64,000 bases of DNA from Candidatus Methanosuratincola mesotaenarum (GTDB lineage Archaea; Thermoproteota; Methanomethylicia; Methanomethylicales; Methanomethylicaceae). The notes beneath the pieces were generated by a model, which saw only the letters and a program-made list of their open reading frames with translations, did not search any database and was not told the origin of the DNA. Of the stretch, positions 28,773 to 38,369 are shown one piece after another. The DNA lies in the NCBI GenBank assembly GCA_038801705.1, contig JAULTC010000002.1, positions 3,072 to 67,071 of the forward strand. Direction: 5' to 3'. How positions within the stretch are numbered: the stretch's first letter is position 1; each line of letters begins with the position of its first letter. The position numbers and the translations under genes were made by a program.

Positions 28773-29444
28773 GTGCATGAGATGAAGGTTGTCATTTTTC
28801 TCGGACCGAGCCTGCCGCATGAGGAGGCACAGAGGATCCTCAGCGACGCAGAATACCGCCCGCCAGCAGCTAGGGGAGATATCATGAGGGCTGCAGCTGG
28901 GGAGGCGGAGGTGATAGCCCTGATCGATGGTGTGTTCTACCAGCAGGCAGCGGTCTCTCACCGCGAGATCCTCCATGCGATAGGCAAGAGGATAAAGGTC
29001 TTTGGCGGTTCGAGCATGGGCGCACTCAGGGCATCTGAGCTGGATGTCTACGGGATGATCGGCATCGGCACGGTTTACGAATGGTACAAAGCAGGCAAGA
29101 TAAGGTCTGACGATGAAGTTGCACTGGCATTCCATCCGGGGGACTTCAGACCGCTCTCAGAACCCCTCGTGAACATCAGAGCCACGCTGGAGCAGGCACT
29201 GGCTTCTGGCGGCATAACCCAGCAGGAACATGACGCAGTCCTCACTGCAGCGAAGGATGTCCCATTCCAACTGAGGAATTACCCCAGGATACTCCAGAGG
29301 GCTGTCCACGGAGGGATCAGTGGCACGAGGGCAGGGGAGATACTAGACCTCATCAAACGGATGCGGGTAGACCTGAAGAGAGAAGACGCAACCAAAGTTC
29401 TAGAGAGGATCAAGGAAATCCAGAACCATTCTAATGTACAATAA
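28773..29444 (+). CDS. tfuA: TfuA thioamidation partner
   Basis: Motifs FLGPSL, PPAARGD, IDGVF, SSMGALRASEL, DDEVA and SEPLVNIR. Confidence 0.93.
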   Translation: MHEMKVVIFLGPSLPHEEAQRILSDAEYRPPAARGDIMRAAAGEAEVIALIDGVFYQQAAVSHREILHAIGKRIKVFGGSSMGALRASELDVYGMIGIGTVYEWYKAGKIRSDDEVALAFHPGDFRPLSEPLVNIRATLEQALASGGITQQEHDAVLTAAKDVPFQLRNYPRILQRAVHGGISGTRAGEILDLIKRMRVDLKREDATKVLERIKEIQNHSNVQ

Positions 29445-29573
29445 ATAAGGCAAGTAACGAATAACTCGATCAGCAAAAAGTGAGAAAATGCTTCGTGAGT
29501 CGTTACTGCGTAATAGCTACAAAGTTAAATACATCGGCTTTCAAAATAAGTTGTCTTTAGGGTGTAGGGCACA

Positions 29574-31199
29574 ATGGACGTTCCTTTCATCGAGATTAGT
29601 GGTGTGTCGAAATCTTTCAACGGTAACAAAGTCCTGGAAGACATCTCGCTCACAATAGAAGAAGGGGAGCGGGTAGGCATCATTGGGAAGAGCGGATCCG
29701 GAAAGACTGTGCTGCTGTCAATGCTGAAGGGCATAAAGGAGTACAGACCTGATTCCGGTCGGATAGTCTACAATGTGGCGATATGCGAGCACTGCCAGAC
29801 TATTGAGGGTCCCAGCTGGGCAAACAAGAAATGCCCTACCTGCTGTCCGCACTGCGAGAAAGAGATGGAGATGGCAGAGGTCGACATATACGGCGAAGAC
29901 CCAAAGACCAGATGGCTGAAGCGGCGTATAGCCATAATGTTCCAGAGGACCTTCGCGCTTTATGGCAGCCTTACTGTCTATGAGAACCTTGTCGAAGCCC
30001 TCAACAAGGTATCCTCCGAGGATGCCAGTAAGAAGGCGCTCGAGATAGCCAAGGACATTGGGCTGGCAAACAGGCTCCTCCATGCGGCGAGGGATCTGAG
30101 CGGCGGCGAGAAGCAGAGAGTAGTTCTTGGTAGGCAGCTAGCAATAAAGCCGATACTGCTACTTGCAGACGAGCCAACAGGGACACTGGATCCGCTCAAT
30201 GCCGGCATGGTCCAAAAGATAATCAAGAGGGAAACCGGACCGGGCAAAAGCACACTTCTAGTGACTTCGCACCTCCCCGGAGCAATAGAAGAACTCTGCA
30301 ATAGGGCGATACTGCTCGAAGGAGGCAAGATCAGCGCGATGGGCGATCCGAAAGAGGTCACAGCCAAGTTCCTCTCAAGGCTTGCCCCAGAGGAGATCCC
30401 GAAGCCGCCACAGCTTGGGGGTGTCATCCTGAGGGTCAAGGATCTGAAGAAGTACTACTTCTCAATTGACAAGGGAGTGGTCAAGGCACTGGACGGGGTG
30501 AGCTTCGAGGTCAAGGAGAGGCAGATCTTCGGAATAATAGGGCTCAGCGGCGCCGGCAAGACGACGCTCTCGAGGGCGATAGTGGGAGTGACCCAGCCCA
30601 CGTCTGGCATAATCGAGCTCAAGATCGGGGATGAGTGGGTCAATATGCTTGAGCCTGGTCCGATGGGCAGGGGCAGGGCAACTCCATTCATAGGGCTCCT
30701 GCACCAAGAGTATGCACTTTACCCTCATAGGACAGTGCAGGAGAACCTGACCGATGCTATAGGACTTGAGCTTCCGGACGAGTTTGCCAAGTTTAAGGCA
30801 CAGAGCGTGCTTATGGCTGCAGGGTTTGACGAATCCAATATTGAGAGGACGCTCTCGAAGTACCCTGAAGAGCTTAGCGAGGGTGAGAGGCACAGGGTGG
30901 CTCTCGCGCAGGTGCTGATAAAGGAGCCGATCATAGTGCTCCTAGACGAGCCCTCGGGTACGATGGACATTATAACCCAACAGGACGTCGCAAAGTCGAT
31001 AAAGAATGCCAGGACTGAACTCGGTCAGACATTCATAATTATATCGCATGACATGGAGTTCGTTGATAACACATGCGAGGAGGCGATACTGATGAGAAAT
31101 GGCAAAGTGGTCAGCAGTGGAAAGCCTTCAGAGCTGGCTAAAGAGCTGACACAAGAGGAGAAGGACGAGTTAATGAACTCCAAAAACAGACTCCCTTGA
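29574..31199 (+). CDS. atwA: methyl-coenzyme M reductase system component A2
   Basis: Two ABC NBDs with a Cys zinc insert after Walker A; IAIMFQRTFALY, ARDLSGGEKQR, LADEPTGTLDP, LHQEYALYPHRTV and LSEGERHR. Confidence 0.93.
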   Translation: MDVPFIEISGVSKSFNGNKVLEDISLTIEEGERVGIIGKSGSGKTVLLSMLKGIKEYRPDSGRIVYNVAICEHCQTIEGPSWANKKCPTCCPHCEKEMEMAEVDIYGEDPKTRWLKRRIAIMFQRTFALYGSLTVYENLVEALNKVSSEDASKKALEIAKDIGLANRLLHAARDLSGGEKQRVVLGRQLAIKPILLLADEPTGTLDPLNAGMVQKIIKRETGPGKSTLLVTSHLPGAIEELCNRAILLEGGKISAMGDPKEVTAKFLSRLAPEEIPKPPQLGGVILRVKDLKKYYFSIDKGVVKALDGVSFEVKERQIFGIIGLSGAGKTTLSRAIVGVTQPTSGIIELKIGDEWVNMLEPGPMGRGRATPFIGLLHQEYALYPHRTVQENLTDAIGLELPDEFAKFKAQSVLMAAGFDESNIERTLSKYPEELSEGERHRVALAQVLIKEPIIVLLDEPSGTMDIITQQDVAKSIKNARTELGQTFIIISHDMEFVDNTCEEAILMRNGKVVSSGKPSELAKELTQEEKDELMNSKNRLP

Positions 31200-32099
31200 G
31201 AGATCCATGAAGATCCTGCGATCGCCGCCCAGTCCCACGCTTATCTTTTTTGTATCATTGAACTTCCCCACGACGCATGCGGAGAAGCCTGCCTCGCGTA
31301 GCCTCGGCACCAAGGATTCATCGTCAGACGCAAATATGAACCCCATTGCAGGATATGATATGAACCACTCCGAAATCGCGTTCCCATCAGGCCTGGGTAT
31401 CTTTCCGGCGTCGACCTCGGCCCCGACTGAGCTGGCTTCGCAGAGCATTGCCAAGCTCCCAAGAATGCCAGGGGCGCTTATGTCCCTTGAGGCCTTGACC
31501 AGGCCCAGCTCTACGGCGGAGATTATCGAGTCGAGCATTTTACCGAGCTCAGAGCTGCCCTTTTTCAAGGTGCTGTCGAAGCACTTCACCCACCCTTTGA
31601 CGCCGAAGGACCCATCAAGGTCGACCGCCATCACAACATCATCACCAGGACGGGCAGTGTTGCCTTTGGCTACCCTCTTGGCAATCCCTACAACGGCTGC
31701 ATCGATAGCCTCGTAAGAAGAGTCCGGATGGGTGTGCCCCTTTAGGAGCTTGAGGCCGTACTTGTCCAGCCCTGCCTTTATGCCCTGGGCCATCTTCAGC
31801 CTGCTCTCCCTGCTTCCAGACATGACGTTCACGTAGCCCATAGGCCTTGCCCCTTTAACAACTACGTCATTCACGTTTACGAGCACAGAGTAGTATCCGG
31901 CGAACCATGGATCCGACTTGACCAAGTCTTCGGTTATCCCGTCTGTGGAAACGACAATGTTGATCCCGCCCATATCAATAAATCCAGCGTCGTCGTACTC
32001 GTGCTCACCCAGAATTGCGGTGATCTCACCTATCTCGATCTTCCTCTTCAGGCCCTTGAAATTCTTCGCAATCTCGATAATGTGCGAGAGGCTCTCCAA
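31170..32099 (-). CDS. mmp2: methanogenesis marker protein 2 (AIR synthase/PurM-like)
   Basis: Motifs GLKRK, DDAG, DPWFAGYYSVLVNVND, GHTHPD and DISAPG.LG.L.ML.E.S. Confidence 0.85.
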   Translation of the reverse strand: MESLSHIIEIAKNFKGLKRKIEIGEITAILGEHEYDDAGFIDMGGINIVVSTDGITEDLVKSDPWFAGYYSVLVNVNDVVVKGARPMGYVNVMSGSRESRLKMAQGIKAGLDKYGLKLLKGHTHPDSSYEAIDAAVVGIAKRVAKGNTARPGDDVVMAVDLDGSFGVKGWVKCFDSTLKKGSSELGKMLDSIISAVELGLVKASRDISAPGILGSLAMLCEASSVGAEVDAGKIPRPDGNAISEWFISYPAMGFIFASDDESLVPRLREAGFSACVVGKFNDTKKISVGLGGDRRIFMDLSRESVFGVH

Positions 32100-32161
32100 T
32101 ACGATCCCTCAGGTTAATATGAAAGAGGAGAGATCATTATATAATAAAGTTTTGTGGGGGA

Positions 32162-32458
32162 GTGTTTTTGAGGTTCAAGGAAGGGGACGCCGTAGTTTAC
32201 GAGAAGACGGGGACCCAAGGCCACATCACTAAAATCATCGAGATGGATGGCAAGACTTGGGCGGAGTTAGACGCGACAGGTCTCCTCTATGACGAAAATG
32301 TCCTAGAACCGACCGAAACAAGAGCAGATGTAGAGCCACTGAAAAAGAAGGAAGGAAAAGCCTCGGCAAAAGAGGAAGAGGTAGAGATCATGGAGGAAGC
32401 ACTTAAGGAAGGAGATTTGACGGTAGACACCAGTGGCAGCTGCAGCGGAGCTGGGTGA
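32162..32458 (+). CDS. DUF2098 methanogen protein
   Basis: GDAVVY..TGTQG.I..I.E.DGKTW..LD.TGL.Y and C-terminal SCSGAG. Confidence 0.8.
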   Translation: MFLRFKEGDAVVYEKTGTQGHITKIIEMDGKTWAELDATGLLYDENVLEPTETRADVEPLKKKEGKASAKEEEVEIMEEALKEGDLTVDTSGSCSGAG

Positions 32459-32467
32459 TTTCTGTAA

Positions 32468-33253
32468 TTGAGAAAGGCGGTCGTTCTTGATAAATCTGGG
32501 ACCATAATAGAACCATGTAGAGTAGTCTACAATATTGAAGGGAAGATGTGGTTTTATCATATAAGCACATTGAATTACATAGTCGAGAAGGGAGGAGCCC
32601 TGGTAAATCTGAAAGGCAGGATCCGAGAAATAATCGCAGGTAATGTCAATAGAGTCGGGCTAAAAGTGAGCTGCTGTGCATTGAAGAGCCCCCCCAAAAT
32701 TGACAAGTCCAAGCTCCTTGATCCTGAGGTCTTGGACGGGATACGCGAGGCATACAAGAAGGCCCTGAGCCACTGCTCCTCTGAACTCGGGGCATGTGTG
32801 GCAGTAGTCTTTAACCAAGAAGGAAAGATTACAGACGTTGTTGGGCTCGGCGGGAAACTTTACCCGGACGTCAAGGAATCTGTGAAGGCGATGCAGGAAG
32901 AGGGCGTCGACGTCTACCTTGCCACTGGGAACTGCAAGGAGATGACTTTCAAATGTACAGATCTTCTGAATATACCGAGACACGCAGGGATTTTTGATGC
33001 CTCTCCGGAGGAGAAGAGGGAGCTTGTAAGGAGGCTCCGTGGTTTCTATGGGGCTGTAGTAATGGTAGGGAACGACATAAACGATCTGATCGCGATGCGG
33101 GAGGCGGACCTTTCAGTGCTCGTCAGGCGCAGGGGAGAATTCCAGGAAGCGCTCTGCTCAGAAGTCGATTACTTCGTCGACTCCATGGCCGAGGTTGTAA
33201 GGATAGTCTCTGAGATCAGACCGATAGATCAGACCGATCTGACCTCAAAGTAG
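32468..33253 (+). CDS. soluble P-type ATPase-like HAD hydrolase (methanogen-associated)
   Basis: Motifs VVLDKSGT, YLATGN and MVGNDINDLIAMREAD. Confidence 0.85.
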   Translation: MRKAVVLDKSGTIIEPCRVVYNIEGKMWFYHISTLNYIVEKGGALVNLKGRIREIIAGNVNRVGLKVSCCALKSPPKIDKSKLLDPEVLDGIREAYKKALSHCSSELGACVAVVFNQEGKITDVVGLGGKLYPDVKESVKAMQEEGVDVYLATGNCKEMTFKCTDLLNIPRHAGIFDASPEEKRELVRRLRGFYGAVVMVGNDINDLIAMREADLSVLVRRRGEFQEALCSEVDYFVDSMAEVVRIVSEIRPIDQTDLTSK

Positions 33254-33828
33254 TGTTCGCGGTACTCAGGATGGAAGTGAGGCAGTTCGGACGCTATTGC
33301 CCTCTCTAGTGCCCTAATAGCAACGATCTGATCTGGCTCAATAAATGAGAGCAGCCCCCGATCTTGAGCCTCTCCGCAGAATAGGCTGCACGGTATGAAG
33401 CCTGCCGTTGCTACAAACGCTTTCATCCCAGAGGCCCTGAGCTCGCGCATGTGATCCTCGTCTATGCTGTACCTCACCCTTTCTGAGAAGGACCGTATGC
33501 AGCACTCAGGGTATTCAAGGAAATGGCCTATCTCATAGTCGTCGAAGGTCTTGGAGAAGATGCCGATCTGGGTTGATGTGTAAGGGTCAAGTGCGGGCCT
33601 CACCGGCGGCGAGAACTTGGCTACAATCCGGAGCTGGACTTCGATCCTAGGCAGGATGTCGAACAGCCGGTCTTCCTGGAAGAGGCGCGCAACATGCATC
33701 GCGAATCTTGGGGACTTGGGGAACCGCGTTCCGGCATCCTCTGGGGGGAGCGCGGAGAGCTCTCTTATCCGGCTTATCAGCTCTGAAAATGAAGCAGTGC
33801 CCTTTGATACGTTGTACATGTGGATCAC
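33229..33828 (-). CDS. DUF483-family protein
   Basis: Motifs VRPALD, G.FLEYPECCIRSF and GFIPCSLFC. Confidence 0.75.
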   Translation of the reverse strand: MIHMYNVSKGTASFSELISRIRELSALPPEDAGTRFPKSPRFAMHVARLFQEDRLFDILPRIEVQLRIVAKFSPPVRPALDPYTSTQIGIFSKTFDDYEIGHFLEYPECCIRSFSERVRYSIDEDHMRELRASGMKAFVATAGFIPCSLFCGEAQDRGLLSFIEPDQIVAIRALERAIASELPHFHPEYREHYFEVRSV

Positions 33829-33840
33829 AGAAAGTGCTTG

Positions 33841-33862
33841 AAAAATAAAAAAAGAAAAAAGG
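33841..33862 (-). terminator. oligo-T terminator of mcrBGA
   Basis: Minus strand reads CCTTTTTTCTTTTTTTATTTTT about 15 nt after the mcrA stop. Confidence 0.6.
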
Positions 33863-33876
33863 GTTGCTTGGATTCT

Positions 33877-35547
33877 TTAGCGGCTCGGTATGATGAGGGA
33901 CCTCTCGCCCGCAGGCATGAACTCTCTCAGTGCGCCCTTGCCGAAGCAGAGCCTCGGGTGCGTGAAGTCGAACTTCAGGTCCTTGTCGGCGAAGGCGATC
34001 TTTATCAGCGGGTTGGTCGTCCACGCATCGCTCCTTCCGCTGTGTGCCGCCTGTACAATGCCTGTATATGCCGACTGGTGGCCTACGTTCAGGGCGTAGT
34101 TCGGATAGTTCACACCCCTCAGGTTGAAGGGCAGACCCTCGTCGCTCCTGTATGAGAAGCTGTTCGCCGAACCGCACTGGTCCTGCTGGTCGTAGCCGTA
34201 GAATCCGAGCCTGCCCATCTCCTCCTTATGGAGAAGCTGGCTCAGGTACCATCCGTTGATGCCTGCTGTGCAGTTGCCAGTAGCAAGCGAGACCGCAACA
34301 CCTGCGCCTGCGGCCACGACAGCGGCCCTCTGCGAACCACCGAAGTGCGTCTCCATCAGTGCAGGGTAGCGCTCGTACTGCTCGAGACCGTAGAGTGTAA
34401 CCTCGGTCGCAACATCCTTTATGAGATCCCAGCTTGGCTTCGCCTTTCCGAATCCGCCGTACTTCTTCTTGACATAGTCCGCGCCGTAGTAGCAGTAGTC
34501 GTCCAGGACATTGTCGGTGTAGGTGCAGGTCGCGTACTGCGTAAAGCCCACACCTCCGGACATGTAGCTGCCGAACCAGAACTGGTCGTACAGCACTGCG
34601 CCCATCGAGATGGCCTCTAGCGCAACCCATGTTGGGTCCTCTGGCTTAACCCTCGACGCCTGGCACATGTCTGCAATGTATCCGAGCGGCACACCGCCTG
34701 GTTCATTCGGGCCTCTTGCGCGCCTCCATGGCATCAGAGTGCCCATCTCAATGACCTCGGCATGTTTCGCAGCGAATGCGAACTCGCCGATTGCGGCCTC
34801 TCCAGCCATCAGCTTGTAGGCATTGACCATCGCCATCGAGATCTGCATCGCAGACCACCTCGACATCGTTCCTCCGTCGCAGGTCATTGCGACTATGGTC
34901 GGCATGCGGAGGACCTGGTAGATTTTCTTGCCTACGGCAGCCTTCAGCTGTGCGGCCTGGTCAGCCGGGAACTCCTTGTTTATGTTAATTAGGAAGCGCT
35001 TGTCTATCTCGTCCGCCAGCTCATCGTCGCCGGTGAATACCTTAACGTATGAGTCGGCGACTAGACCAGGATGGGTCTCGACCATATGCTCTTGGACAAC
35101 GGCAGCGCCTGGCAACGCGTGGTTCAGCACCTCGAGGTAGTGGTTGACTGTCTCTGGGGTAACCTCCTTCCCGAGCCGCTTCTGTATGACCATGTGGGCG
35201 GCATCGAGACCAACGATCACGGTCCGCCTGATGTCATGCCACATCTGCTGCATTGCAGCATTGTTGATGAAGTGTAGGTCGTCGCCCTCGCAGTAGATAT
35301 CAGTCTGCGAAAGACGGTACGGCATCAGAACCCTCTGTCCGAGGGGGATGCCGCCAAGGTGCATGTCCGGGTTGTAGAACGGGATGCCCCGCTCCTTCGC
35401 CAGCTTCGTACCCCACTCGACGAACTCCTGCTTCCTCTTGGACTGCTTCCAGCCGCCATATATGTAGAACTGGGTATACTTCTCTTCTGGAGACTCCTTG
35501 AATTTCTTCCGGAGTGCTTCCAAGAACATCTTCTTTTCAGTTGCCAT
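33877..35547 (-). CDS. mcrA: methyl-coenzyme M reductase alpha subunit
   Basis: Motifs [68 protein letters not shown] and NYPNYA.NVGH. Confidence 0.99.
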   Translation of the reverse strand: MATEKKMFLEALRKKFKESPEEKYTQFYIYGGWKQSKRKQEFVEWGTKLAKERGIPFYNPDMHLGGIPLGQRVLMPYRLSQTDIYCEGDDLHFINNAAMQQMWHDIRRTVIVGLDAAHMVIQKRLGKEVTPETVNHYLEVLNHALPGAAVVQEHMVETHPGLVADSYVKVFTGDDELADEIDKRFLININKEFPADQAAQLKAAVGKKIYQVLRMPTIVAMTCDGGTMSRWSAMQISMAMVNAYKLMAGEAAIGEFAFAAKHAEVIEMGTLMPWRRARGPNEPGGVPLGYIADMCQASRVKPEDPTWVALEAISMGAVLYDQFWFGSYMSGGVGFTQYATCTYTDNVLDDYCYYGADYVKKKYGGFGKAKPSWDLIKDVATEVTLYGLEQYERYPALMETHFGGSQRAAVVAAGAGVAVSLATGNCTAGINGWYLSQLLHKEEMGRLGFYGYDQQDQCGSANSFSYRSDEGLPFNLRGVNYPNYALNVGHQSAYTGIVQAAHSGRSDAWTTNPLIKIAFADKDLKFDFTHPRLCFGKGALREFMPAGERSLIIPSR

Positions 35548-35560
35548 CTATATCTCCTCC

Positions 35561-36337
35561 TTAGATTCCCTTCACCTTATTTGGATCGAATCCAGCCTCC
35601 GTCCTCAGCATATGCAGGCGCTGTATGAACTCGATCATCTCCTTGTCTTCCCTGAACGGGACGCCGTCGACTCTGTACTCACTTGTCATCTCCCTGAGCT
35701 CCTCCTCTTTGAGGGGCTTGCCTACGGAGATCGGCTTGTCCAGTGGTACACCAATCTGGTCCTTCACGTAGACGACTTCGCCAGTCTTCTTGTCGAAGAC
35801 GAACCTCCTGAGCGCGTCGAACATCATTCCGTTCTCGTCGAGCCTCAGTGCATGACCGTGGACAGTTGCGCCTCTGATCCCGCACCTCGCGGGGTCAAAG
35901 ATCTCGGTTTCTACGAGATCCTTCGCAACCTTCTCCAGGTCACGCTCCCTTGCCTCTAGCGGAACCCTGCCTGAGAGGACGCCAATGTCGACCCCTCTGT
36001 ATCTATTGTGCCCCATCCATGCCCTCATGTATGGGGTCAGCGGCGTGAAGTACACAGAGTCAGTGAACTGGATGTACCTGATCCTGTCGCCTGCCTTAGC
36101 GCCTGGTGTTGGCTCCACGAGTTCCCTGATCGGGCATGCTGGCTCACCCATCTCCTCAAGGGGCGGGTGTACTGACTTGTATGCCTCTCCTGGGACTCTA
36201 TGACCCATCAGTTTGACTAGGTCGTCGTCGCTGATCGTTCTCAGCTTCTTAAGCTTGTAGGACGGATCCATGTACTTCTTCCTGTTCTTAGCTATCTTAG
36301 TGCTTCCTGGATAGTATTGTGGCTTGTAAGTTGCCAT
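35561..36337 (-). CDS. mcrG: methyl-coenzyme M reductase gamma subunit
   Basis: [38 protein letters not shown] and [15 protein letters not shown]; start at ATG 36337 after GGAGG. Confidence 0.98.
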   Translation of the reverse strand: MATYKPQYYPGSTKIAKNRKKYMDPSYKLKKLRTISDDDLVKLMGHRVPGEAYKSVHPPLEEMGEPACPIRELVEPTPGAKAGDRIRYIQFTDSVYFTPLTPYMRAWMGHNRYRGVDIGVLSGRVPLEARERDLEKVAKDLVETEIFDPARCGIRGATVHGHALRLDENGMMFDALRRFVFDKKTGEVVYVKDQIGVPLDKPISVGKPLKEEELREMTSEYRVDGVPFREDKEMIEFIQRLHMLRTEAGFDPNKVKGI

Positions 36338-36338
36338 T

Positions 36339-37673
36339 TTATATACCTCCATGGATCGATACTGCTGCCTCATTCACATACCTTAGCGGCTCTCTCAACT
36401 CAGGCACCTCGCTCAGCGTCTCGCCTACTGTGCCGCTGATCTTCTCAGGCGTGTAGATGACTGTGCCTGCATCCAGCGCGACTGCAGCAGCCACGCATGG
36501 GATAGTAAAGCCCTTGCTATGCCTCGTCACAATGTGGTTGCCGTTGAATACTGCGGGATTGCCTCCTCCATAGATCGAGTGGCTGAAGAATGCCATCTCA
36601 ACCCCGGTGCCTGCAACTCTGCCAAAGTCAACTCCTGGCAGACCAGTCTCCCTCTCAAGGAGATCGTTGAAGTATATGAATACGGATGGGCAGTGCTGCA
36701 TCGACCTAGCTGAACCGCAGGTTATCATTGTACCCGCAAGAAGGCCTGCTGCTGCATAAGCATTCCACTTGTTGAGGTCTTCGGTTGTGTACGCGGTGTA
36801 GCCAGATGCCTTCTTCTCGAGTGGCTTGATGATGCCGTCTGCGATCGCCCTCTTGACTGTGGATACGACCACATCGCCGAGGGTTCCTGTCTTTGCATTC
36901 TCTTTCACTATATCGTATACCAAGTTGTTGGCATTTAGTCCCTGGTAGGCGAGCCCTAGCAGGTGCATCCTCTCGAAGTTGCCGATCGCGTCGCCCATCT
37001 CGAACATGGCAGCCTGCTCTAGTATCGATGAAAGGGCTGCGGCATTCATTGCATTCTTCTTTGTGATAAGGGCAATATGTGCACACGGAACATTCCTCAG
37101 AGCGTATCCCATACCTTCATTCTGTTGCGGAACCGACAATAGTGACGACACGTTTCCGCCGAGTGGATCCATCGTCTGCGGGTACCTGCCCCAGACAGCT
37201 GCATGGACCATGTCAGCATCCCATATGTTGACCTTGAAGTTTTCGACAATTGTGCAGCAGAGTGCAGCGGCGGTAGCTGTGAAGCCTGTGGTGTACTCAA
37301 CACCGGCATTCAGCCTCTTGGCTGGGACTTGCACAAGTAGGTGCTTTCCTCCCTTGAGGACCTTGACGTCGGTGTCGTCGTCCTTTGTCACCTGCAGGCA
37401 ATTCTTGAGGCTGTCGGCAATGCTCTCTGCATTCTTGACAAGGTCCAGCTTGAGGGACCTGCCCCTGATTATGCACCATTTGCCACCAACTTCTCCGGTC
37501 GCCAGGGCCTTCTCGATGCCCTCAAGGTTCACTGAAACGCACTGCTTTACATAGGAGATTATCTTCTGTATTGCGGGATTGCGCAGCGGGCTCAGAGCTT
37601 CGACGGGAACCTTTGAGGCGAAAACGCGGCCACGGTCGTCGTATAGATCTATCTTATCCGGATATTTCGCCAT
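36339..37673 (-). CDS. mcrB: methyl-coenzyme M reductase beta subunit
   Basis: Motifs [54 protein letters not shown] and [10 protein letters not shown]. Confidence 0.98.
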   Translation of the reverse strand: MAKYPDKIDLYDDRGRVFASKVPVEALSPLRNPAIQKIISYVKQCVSVNLEGIEKALATGEVGGKWCIIRGRSLKLDLVKNAESIADSLKNCLQVTKDDDTDVKVLKGGKHLLVQVPAKRLNAGVEYTTGFTATAAALCCTIVENFKVNIWDADMVHAAVWGRYPQTMDPLGGNVSSLLSVPQQNEGMGYALRNVPCAHIALITKKNAMNAAALSSILEQAAMFEMGDAIGNFERMHLLGLAYQGLNANNLVYDIVKENAKTGTLGDVVVSTVKRAIADGIIKPLEKKASGYTAYTTEDLNKWNAYAAAGLLAGTMITCGSARSMQHCPSVFIYFNDLLERETGLPGVDFGRVAGTGVEMAFFSHSIYGGGNPAVFNGNHIVTRHSKGFTIPCVAAAVALDAGTVIYTPEKISGTVGETLSEVPELREPLRYVNEAAVSIHGGI

Positions 37674-37740
37674 AGAACTCCTCTCTTTCAGTTTTGTTGC
37701 GAGTATTTTAAAGATGTATGCAATATTAAAGCATTGCCTA
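37674..37740 (-). promoter_or_regulatory. mcrB promoter and RBS
   Basis: Minus strand GCAATGC-TTTAATA (BRE/TATA-like; a near-identical GCAATGCTTTTAAA precedes rpoP) and GAGGAG RBS before the ATG. Confidence 0.55.
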
Positions 37741-37792
37741 AACAGAGTAATAATCTAACTTAATAGCACTATAAAAGCAGGTTATATGCAGA

Positions 37793-38359
37793 TCATCTGT
37801 GAAGCCCAGATTCTTCAGCAGACAGTATCTTGTCTATGAGTATGTTTATGGATTCAATTATGTTTGACTCCTCGATCTTGATAGTGACTATGGGCACCCT
37901 CACGAACTTTTCCACGGTGGCAGCCACAATGGACGCACAGATCAGGCCCTGCACTCTTTCGCGCTCGGCCCTTATGGCACTGATGATCGCATCCTCCAGG
38001 TTGTTTGCAGAGTATTCATTCACGATAACTTTCTTCCCCTTGACATAAAGCTGGCGCTTTGAGAACGCGTTGAGAGAGGGGCGGGCCGCGATCACCCCAA
38101 CAGTTATGTCTCCCTCGCCCTCCACGGTTTTCGACACAAGGTACCTTATTACCTCCCGAAAGGTAGACAGCCGGATGTCTCTCTCTTCAGAGAGCATCTT
38201 ATTTATTGTACTGACCGGGACGCCCGAGCCTATACTGAGATCCCTGATCGTAATACCTTTCCTTTTCATGATTGCCTTGAGCGTCTCTGCAAATTTCTCA
38301 TTCGATTCCATTGCCGCGGACATAAGAGCGTCGTAGAGATCGGATCCTTCCGTTTCCAT
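37793..38359 (-). CDS. XRE-type HTH regulator of a methanogen-associated family
   Basis: ITIRDLSIGSGVPVSTINK HTH; VIAARP, EYSANNLEDAII.A.RAER and ICASIV. Confidence 0.85.
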   Translation of the reverse strand: METEGSDLYDALMSAAMESNEKFAETLKAIMKRKGITIRDLSIGSGVPVSTINKMLSEERDIRLSTFREVIRYLVSKTVEGEGDITVGVIAARPSLNAFSKRQLYVKGKKVIVNEYSANNLEDAIISAIRAERERVQGLICASIVAATVEKFVRVPIVTIKIEESNIIESINILIDKILSAEESGLHR

Positions 38360-38369
38360 GCTTAGCACC

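Noticed and set aside
31170..32099. HypE, SelD or ThiL
   Set aside because: Same fold, but the DPWFAGY..VLVNVND and GHTHPD motifs and the context fit methanogenesis marker 2.
32136..32145. Palindrome ATTATATAAT as an operator between mmp2 and DUF2098
   Set aside because: More simply explained as a shared bidirectional TATA element.
33877..35547. Alkyl-CoM reductase for multi-carbon alkanes
   Set aside because: Active-site aromatic residues (GFTQY, LGFYG) and length are canonical methane-type, with no large insertions.
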